Assembly (NCBI GenBank): GCA_028287765.1
Contig: JAQBPA010000229.1
Span: forward strand, 1 to 43,573
From: Bacteriovoracaceae bacterium
Lineage (GTDB): Bacteria; Bdellovibrionota; UBA2394
Direction of reading: 5' to 3'
DNA: 43,573 nt
How positions within the stretch are numbered: the stretch's first letter is position 1; every line of letters begins with the position of its first letter. Below are positions 37,406 to 43,573 of the stretch, piece by piece. The position numbers and the translations under genes are program-made. The notes under the pieces are model-generated. The model was not told where the DNA came from. It was given only the letters and a program-made list of their open reading frames with translations, and ran no database searches.

Positions 37406-38464
37406 TTACGGAATAAACTCGGCCGCCAAATCGCCTAAATGGGTTAACATTTCTTCGCCGTCCTCTGTGGCTTCAACACTTTTGGATTTCCATCCCGCTT
37501 GAAAAAAGTTTTTTAACCAGCGTTTACAATAATCGCGAATATCCTCGTCCGGCGCAGAAGCTGCCAATCTGATTTTCCAAATCACATGAAGGATGGCTAG
37601 ATAACTCGGGCGCTGAGAATTGGAGTCCGAAGAGTCCTCGGAATAGGCTGAGTCTGCGGAATATTCAGGCTCATTTGAAAATCCAGGAAGTTCAAACCGA
37701 CGAATATGCATCGCTGCAGAAAGAGAAGGAAAAAACAAACTATCCGTTTCCTGAAAAAGCATTCCATCCCGATGTAACTCTTGAATGTCTTGAAAAAGTT
37801 CTCTCAAACCAAAAGCTTGTTTTGCAAACAGAGGTTTTAAATTTTCAAACTCTTCTTTCCACTCTTCGGTTGTAAGTGAATATTCAGATTGTAAAAGGAC
37901 TACTCCTGGATGAGCTTGCGGCCAGGATTTTTCCATCTTTCGACGAAAGCCCGTGAAGAGAGCGCCAAAGCTAGGGTGAACCTGTGAAGAATCTTCAAGG
38001 GAGCTCGGACTTTCGAGAGAGACTCTGTCTAAATTAATACTGGTCGCGTTTGCTGCGAGTTCTGATAATGCACCTCTTGCTTCCATCGCTTCGAGTGTTG
38101 CCATTCCATATTTATTGGATCTGGAAGCGCGCTCCATTAAATGAAGTGCCTGTAAAATATTATTGGCAATCATCTTCTCTGAAGAAACTCCACTTTCGAT
38201 ATCGTCATCGAAGGTCGAATGTGAAATGAGTTCGTTGGCATGAAATTCGTTCAAATGATGATAAAGAAATTTTAATCCAGCAACGGTCTGCGTTCTTTTA
38301 ATGATCTGATTTTCAAGCTCAATACGTTTCTGCGATTGATCAAGGCTCGCCACAATGAGTCTACAAAACTGTTCGTCCTTGGCTAAAAGTCCTGACGATA
38401 AAACGGCCAAAACAAAGAGTGAAGTGAGAACTCTCGTAAAGATTGGAATTTTAAAGTGAATCAT
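37406..38464 (-). CDS. Hypothetical secreted protein
   Basis: Signal peptide followed by FCRLIVASL; Ser/Asp-rich patches. Confidence 0.6.
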   Translation of the reverse strand: MIHFKIPIFTRVLTSLFVLAVLSSGLLAKDEQFCRLIVASLDQSQKRIELENQIIKRTQTVAGLKFLYHHLNEFHANELISHSTFDDDIESGVSSEKMIANNILQALHLMERASRSNKYGMATLEAMEARGALSELAANATSINLDRVSLESPSSLEDSSQVHPSFGALFTGFRRKMEKSWPQAHPGVVLLQSEYSLTTEEWKEEFENLKPLFAKQAFGLRELFQDIQELHRDGMLFQETDSLFFPSLSAAMHIRRFELPGFSNEPEYSADSAYSEDSSDSNSQRPSYLAILHVIWKIRLAASAPDEDIRDYCKRWLKNFFQAGWKSKSVEATEDGEEMLTHLGDLAAEFIP

Positions 38465-38588
38465 GCTCTTGCCCTTTACCTCAAAGCTGTCATTAGCATG
38501 TCAGAGCCAAATTACCAAGCTAGACCGCTTTAAACGCAGCCTCCCGGGCTTGATTGACATGGCGAGATAGTGATTAGATGAGGCTCGT

Positions 38589-39533
38589 ATGCCAAGGCCT
38601 TCTAAACCTCTCAAAGTCTCCGCCGCCGTTCAACAGATGGCAACTTCGGAGCTGAAAAAGCCGGATTGGTTTAAAGTGAAGCTTCAAGAAGGCGATCGTT
38701 ATAAAAAAATTGAAGGTCTTGTAACCGAGCACGGTTTAGCCACGGTTTGTCGGGAAGCGCGCTGTCCTAATATATACGAGTGTTGGAATTCAGGGACGGC
38801 CACTTTTATGCTCATGGGAGAAACTTGCACGCGAGCTTGTAAGTTTTGTCATGTGAAGGGTGGAAAACCTTCCGCTCTTGATCTCTTGGAACCCAAAAAG
38901 ATTGCTGAGAGTGTTAAAACTCTGGGGCTCTCCTATGTGGTTCTCACAAGTGTAAACCGAGATGAACTTGCCGACGAAGGCGCTCAACATTTTGCGGATA
39001 CGGTTTCAGAAATAAAAAAAATGAATTCAAATATTTTAGTGGAAGCTCTGACGCCAGATTTTAGACGCACTCGAGAGCTCGGCATTCAGACCATGCTTGA
39101 TTCGAGTGTTGATGTTCTTGCGCATAATGTGGAGACAGTTCGACGGCTTGTTCCTTCGGTGCGAGATGGCCGCTGTGATCATGATGTTTCTCTGGCCTAT
39201 CATTCCATTTCAAAAAAATTGAAGCCGTCGATTATTAGTAAGTCTTCGATCATGCTCGGTCTTGGAGAAACTCAGGACGAAGTGATTGAATGCATGAAAG
39301 AGCTTCGTTCCGTCGATGTCGATATTTTAACTTTAGGGCAGTATTTACAGCCCACCAAAAATCATTATCCCGTTGTTCGTTACGTGCATCCGGATGAATT
39401 TAAATTTTTGGAATTAAAAGGATTGGAACTTGGATTTAAATTTGTAGCTGCCGGCCCAATGGTGAGAAGTAGTTATAGAGCGGCAGAATTTTTTGTTGAA
39501 CAGATGAAGGTACGAAAGGAAATCGCGTTATGA
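38589..39533 (+). CDS. lipA: Lipoyl synthase
   Basis: CREARCPNIYEC auxiliary cluster motif, CTRACKFC radical-SAM motif, RSSY. Confidence 0.97.
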   Translation: MPRPSKPLKVSAAVQQMATSELKKPDWFKVKLQEGDRYKKIEGLVTEHGLATVCREARCPNIYECWNSGTATFMLMGETCTRACKFCHVKGGKPSALDLLEPKKIAESVKTLGLSYVVLTSVNRDELADEGAQHFADTVSEIKKMNSNILVEALTPDFRRTRELGIQTMLDSSVDVLAHNVETVRRLVPSVRDGRCDHDVSLAYHSISKKLKPSIISKSSIMLGLGETQDEVIECMKELRSVDVDILTLGQYLQPTKNHYPVVRYVHPDEFKFLELKGLELGFKFVAAGPMVRSSYRAAEFFVEQMKVRKEIAL

Positions 39534-40759
39534 GTACATTTAAACTTCCTGAACTTGGAGAGGGACTGGCCGAGGGCGAAGTCGTTTCTTGGAAAGTAAA
39601 AGAAGGCGATACGATTCGCGCTGACAGCGCCATGGTGGAAGTGATGACCGATAAGGCGACGGTAGAAGTTCCGGCACCAAGGTCCGGTATTGTTAAAAAA
39701 CTTTATTATAAAGCCGGTGAGATGGCCAAAGTGGGAGCCCCTCTTATTGATATCGAAGAAACGGGCACGGCTTCCGTTGAAACACCCAAGGCTTCTGCGG
39801 CAACTCCGCCAGCACCAAAGGCGGCCGCGACCGCTCCCTCTCAGGCACCAACTCCTGTCGCAGCAAAACCAGCTCAATCTTCCTCAGAACGAGTGCTTGC
39901 TTCTCCAGCAGTCAGAAGAATGGCGCGAGAACTCAGTATGGATCTCTCAAAAGTTCACGGATCGGGCGAAAGAGGTCGAGTACTTCGAACTGATCTGAGT
40001 GTTTCGGGCCAATCCATTCCCAGTCGCGTCACCCAATCAACCGCACTCGAAGAGAGAATTCCTTTTATTGGTATCCGCAGAAAAATTGCAGATCATCTTT
40101 CGAAGTCGATGTTTACAGCCGTGCACTTCACTCACTTTGATGAATGCGACTTTACAGAAATTATAAAACTCCGCGAAGAGGCGAATGATTATGCTCAAAA
40201 AAATAATTTGGGTGTAAAACTGAGTTATCTTCCGTTCTTTATCAAGGGCTCGATTGCCGCGCTTAAAAAATATCCTATTTTAAATTCGTCACTCGACACC
40301 GAAAAAAATGAAGTCGTGATTAAACATTATTATCATTTTGGAATTTCTGTTCAGACGGATAACGGTCTCATGGTCGCGGTCGTTCGCGATTGCGATAAAA
40401 AAGACATCTTTGAAATCGGAAGAGAAATTAAAGAAGTTGCGGACCGCGCGAGAACTGGAAAAGCAAGTCTTCAAGATTTAACGGGCTCAACCATTACGAT
40501 TACGAATCCGGGTAATATCGGCGGTCTTTACGCGACTCCCGTTATTAATTTTCCCGAAAGCGTCATTCTCGGAATGTTTCAGATCAAAAAACGACCGGTC
40601 GTAAAAGAAATCAACGGCCACGATTTAATCGTTTCACGTCCGATGATGTATACGAATATCACTTGTGATCATCGAATCGTAGATGGCGCTCTTGCCGCGG
40701 GCTATTTAAAAACATTTTGCGAGTATATGGAAAATCCAGCTCGAATGGCATTCATTTAG
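39530..40759 (+). CDS. 2-oxoacid dehydrogenase E2 (dihydrolipoamide acyltransferase), single lipoyl domain
   Basis: MTDKA lipoyl lysine, ASPAVRRMARE E3-binding domain, DHRIVDG catalytic motif. Confidence 0.95.
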   Translation: MSTFKLPELGEGLAEGEVVSWKVKEGDTIRADSAMVEVMTDKATVEVPAPRSGIVKKLYYKAGEMAKVGAPLIDIEETGTASVETPKASAATPPAPKAAATAPSQAPTPVAAKPAQSSSERVLASPAVRRMARELSMDLSKVHGSGERGRVLRTDLSVSGQSIPSRVTQSTALEERIPFIGIRRKIADHLSKSMFTAVHFTHFDECDFTEIIKLREEANDYAQKNNLGVKLSYLPFFIKGSIAALKKYPILNSSLDTEKNEVVIKHYYHFGISVQTDNGLMVAVVRDCDKKDIFEIGREIKEVADRARTGKASLQDLTGSTITITNPGNIGGLYATPVINFPESVILGMFQIKKRPVVKEINGHDLIVSRPMMYTNITCDHRIVDGALAAGYLKTFCEYMENPARMAFI

Positions 40760-40775
40760 AAAAGGAAAACTGAAG

Positions 40776-42245
40776 ATGAAAAAATTTGATGCAGTAGTCA
40801 TTGGTGCGGGACCCGGCGGTTATGTTTGTGCAATTCGCTTGGCGCAACTCGGAAAAAAAACAGCCATCATCGATCGAGATAATCTTGGGGGCACTTGCTT
40901 AAATTGGGGATGTATTCCTTCAAAAGCTTTAATTCACGCGGCCCATTTGTTCGATACGATGAACCATTCGGCAAAAGATATGGGATTTTCTTTCAAAGAT
41001 CTCACTCTCGATTTTAAAAAACTAAATACGTGGAAAAATTCTGTCGTGAATAAACTAACGAGCGGAATCGGTGGACTTTGCAAACGTCACGGCATCGAAG
41101 TTTTTATGGGAACAGCCGAATTCAAATCTCCCAAACAACTTGAAGTGACAATGAATGATTCAAAGACAAAAGAACTGATCGAGTTCGATCAAGTGGTTAT
41201 TGCGACCGGTTCTGAATCTGCGAATTTAAACGGAGTGACTGTGGACGGAAAGCTGATCGTAACCAGTAAAGAAGCTCTCAATTTGCCTGACCTTCCAAAA
41301 AGTTTAGTTCTCATCGGCGGCGGTGTGATCGGTCTTGAACTTGGATCTTTTTATTCTATGATTGGAACCTCGGTCACGGTTCTCGAATATGCCGATCAGC
41401 TTCTTCCCGGAACGGATTTGGATCTCGTTCGTGTCGTTGAAAAATCCCTCGCGAGTCGAGGCGTCAATATCCAAACCAAATTCAAAGTGAGTGGCGCCGA
41501 AGTGAAGGGTAAAAAAGTTTCTGTAAAAGGAACTGACCGCGACGGAAAAGCGGCGAGCTTCGAGGGAGACGTATGTTTAGTGAGCGTTGGAAGACGACCG
41601 TTTGTTAAATTTCTTTCACCCGAAAAAGCGGGTGTGCAAGTGGATGCTCGTGGATTTATTCCGGTGAATAAATCACTTCAGACGAATGTGCCACATATTT
41701 ACGCGATTGGTGATTGTACTCCCGGCCCAGCTCTCGCTCATAGGGCGTCTCACGAAGCCCTGATTGTGGCAGCCCATCTTGCTGGCGATAAAAATTCAGT
41801 TGTGGATTATCGCGTGATTCCAGCCGCCATTTTTACAAGTCCTGAAATTGCTTCCGTCGGACTTTCCGAAAGCGAAGCCAAGGCCAAAAATATTGAAGTT
41901 AAAGTAGGTAAGTTTCCGTTTGCCGCTCTCGGTCGAGCACTTGCGAATAATTCGGCTGAAGGGTTTTGTAAAATTATTGGAAATCCGAAGACGAATGATC
42001 TTCTTGGAATGCATATTGTGGGTCCGGATGCAGGAAATTTAATTGGCGAAGGGGCTCTTGCGATTGAAATGGGAGCTAGTGTTGAAGATCTCGCACTCAC
42101 GATTCATACGCATCCCACATATCCCGAAGCGATTATGGAAGCGGCTGACGCCTATTTCGACCATGCAATTCATATTTATCAAGCAGGGCATAAGGCAGCA
42201 CCTGTTGCAAAGGGAAGTACGACTTCACAGGTTGGGCACGCATAG
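40776..42245 (+). CDS. lpdA: Dihydrolipoyl dehydrogenase (E3)
   Basis: GAGPGGY, GGTCLNWGCIPSK, GGGVIG, HTHPT. Confidence 0.97.
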   Translation: MKKFDAVVIGAGPGGYVCAIRLAQLGKKTAIIDRDNLGGTCLNWGCIPSKALIHAAHLFDTMNHSAKDMGFSFKDLTLDFKKLNTWKNSVVNKLTSGIGGLCKRHGIEVFMGTAEFKSPKQLEVTMNDSKTKELIEFDQVVIATGSESANLNGVTVDGKLIVTSKEALNLPDLPKSLVLIGGGVIGLELGSFYSMIGTSVTVLEYADQLLPGTDLDLVRVVEKSLASRGVNIQTKFKVSGAEVKGKKVSVKGTDRDGKAASFEGDVCLVSVGRRPFVKFLSPEKAGVQVDARGFIPVNKSLQTNVPHIYAIGDCTPGPALAHRASHEALIVAAHLAGDKNSVVDYRVIPAAIFTSPEIASVGLSESEAKAKNIEVKVGKFPFAALGRALANNSAEGFCKIIGNPKTNDLLGMHIVGPDAGNLIGEGALAIEMGASVEDLALTIHTHPTYPEAIMEAADAYFDHAIHIYQAGHKAAPVAKGSTTSQVGHA

Positions 42246-42258
42246 GAATTTTTAACGA

Positions 42259-42954
42259 ATGGCGTTCTCCTCAGAACTAGAATTTATTTCATTCCTCGGA
42301 AAGCCAGAGCTTAGCTATTCGGATATTTGGGAATTTCAAAAAGATCGAGTAGATGCCGTATCGAAGGGAATATCTCCCGAAACGATTATTTTTTGTGAGC
42401 ACGAAAGAGTTTTAACTGCCGGCAGACGTTTTAAATCTGAAAATGTTTTAGATAAGACTTTGCCATTATTTGAAATCGAGCGAGGCGGAGATGTAACTCT
42501 TCATGCTCCCGGACAACTCGTCATTTATCCGATTTTAAAATTAAATTCAGGCCGTTTTCCAGGCGGCCTCCATGAATATTTAAGATTTATCGAACAAGTG
42601 ACGATGGATAATTTAAAGAAATTAGGACTCGAGGCAGGAAGATTCGGCCCAACTGGTGTTTGGATTAAAAACAAAAACGGTGAAGAAAAGAAAATTGCAA
42701 GCCTTGGCATCGCAGTCAGACATTGGATTACTTATCATGGCCTTGCGATTAACGTTTCAAATGATCTCGCGGATTTTCAAAAGCTAAGGCCATGCGATTT
42801 TGAATCTTCCATCATGACCTCGTTAGCAAACGAAGGAGTGACGATCTCTCTACATGCACTCGCTACTGAAATTCAAAACTTGATGGAGGTCGATTTGAAG
42901 AAGCGCTTTGAGATTTTTCAGCCAGCGCTTGATGTGGCTGAAAATTATTATTAA
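42259..42954 (+). CDS. lipB: Lipoyl(octanoyl) transferase
   Basis: EH…T-A-G, RGGDVTLHAPGQL, KIASLG, HGLAINV, PC. Confidence 0.95.
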   Translation: MAFSSELEFISFLGKPELSYSDIWEFQKDRVDAVSKGISPETIIFCEHERVLTAGRRFKSENVLDKTLPLFEIERGGDVTLHAPGQLVIYPILKLNSGRFPGGLHEYLRFIEQVTMDNLKKLGLEAGRFGPTGVWIKNKNGEEKKIASLGIAVRHWITYHGLAINVSNDLADFQKLRPCDFESSIMTSLANEGVTISLHALATEIQNLMEVDLKKRFEIFQPALDVAENYY

Positions 42955-43345
42955 GAAGTTGCGCCATTTTCTGACAAATACTTTCGATAAGCTTTAATGA
43001 AATCATAGGAGCCGCACGTTTCATATCTTCCCATTTTTGAAATGGCAGAACCCAAAAAACACAGTCTTTCAAAGCAAACGCACTCACAATTTTATGGGTC
43101 GCATGAACAATCGACATTTCAGCAAATGAGTCACCTTCATGCAGATCAACCTCCGTACCTTCAAACGCAAGCCGAACCGCCCCGCTTTCAATAAAGTAGA
43201 GCATCCGTTCTCCAGATTTTCCCAAAAACACGGTTTCTTTCTCTTCAACTCGAAGCTCTTTCAAAAAATGCGCAAGCGCCGATTGTTCTTCCAGCGACCA
43301 GTTTTTCGTGAGCTGCGCTTTTTCGAGTGCGGTGAATTTACCCAT
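42863..43345 (-). CDS. Stand-alone cyclic nucleotide-binding domain protein
   Basis: LYFIESGAV…GDSFAEMS…SAFA; no C-terminal HTH; 92-bp convergent overlap with lipB. Confidence 0.75.
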   Translation of the reverse strand: MGKFTALEKAQLTKNWSLEEQSALAHFLKELRVEEKETVFLGKSGERMLYFIESGAVRLAFEGTEVDLHEGDSFAEMSIVHATHKIVSAFALKDCVFWVLPFQKWEDMKRAAPMISLKLIESICQKMAQLLNNNFQPHQALAEKSQSASSNRPPSSFEFQ

Positions 43346-43451
43346 GATTACTTTTTACTAGCATTGAAAGGTTTTGGGCAAGATTTGATGTCCGCGTGGT
43401 CGGAGGAGTTCCATCAGGTGGGGAAAATCGGGGCCGACACCCTGACGAATG

Positions 43452-43573
43452 TCAGCACCGATTTCCCGTTTTGAATTGGGGTGCCAAGAAACTTCGATGG
43501 GGTGTTTGCGTGTGGTAGAACCGGTGATGGGCACTGCAGAGGGTGATGAGGTTTTCGATTTGATTTTGTCCGC
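43452..43573 (-). CDS. C-terminal part of an HNH endonuclease-domain protein (truncated by the window edge)
   Basis: Manual translation GQNQIENLITLCSAHHRFYHTQ…RC*, a classic N-L-x-x-L-C-x-x-H-H HNH motif. Confidence 0.75.
   Translation of the reverse strand, partial: GQNQIENLITLCSAHHRFYHTQTPHRSFLAPQFKTGNRC

Noticed and set aside
38554-38580. TTGACA upstream of lipA as a sigma70 promoter
   Set aside because: No convincing -10 at 16-18 bp spacing
55-43474. Many short ORFs (about 60-145 aa) antisense or out of frame to larger genes (e.g. 55-363, 12675-13046, 17002-17439, 26556-26861, 39473-39877, 43139-43474)
   Set aside because: Shadow ORFs overlapping well-supported genes or the tRNA, with no motifs or RBS

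Overview
Bacterial chromosomal window with moderate GC. Gene content suggests a Bdellovibrionota/deltaproteobacterium-like host (inference: an SgmX/Bd2492-like TPR gene follows accBC, and there are many orphan signal-peptide proteins). Housekeeping genes lie at both ends: accB-accC-TPR on the left; ddl and lipA-E2-lpdA-lipB on the right. Between them are two accessory blocks. (1) About 5.6-22.6 kb is a self-contained biosynthetic and export cluster that matches no characterised pathway I recognise. It has a one-module hybrid PKS (ACP-KS-AT-ACP-aminotransferase-terminal C domain; no A/PCP/TE) in an operon with a heme-oxygenase-like diiron oxidase (HDO) and a type II thioesterase. It also has an Sfp PPTase, an acyl-CoA/AMP ligase, a membrane-anchored paraoxonase-type lactonase, a small His-containing membrane protein, and a dedicated LolA-like/LolCDE-like/outer-membrane-barrel export set. 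The predicted product is a modified beta-amino fatty-acid lipid. (2) About 24.2-31 kb is a decayed integration hotspot around tRNA-Gly(CCC). It holds a RelE/HigB-XRE toxin-antitoxin pair with a clear double operator, a candidate HEPN gene, integrase arm-like repeats, three dispersed tRNA fragments, a GTAG-type REP-like hairpin and a stress-gene cassette. Also notable is a sigma54 activator with an apparent signal peptide in place of a sensor domain. A partial HNH nuclease ends the window. No CRISPR array, rRNA, integrase or transposase was seen.
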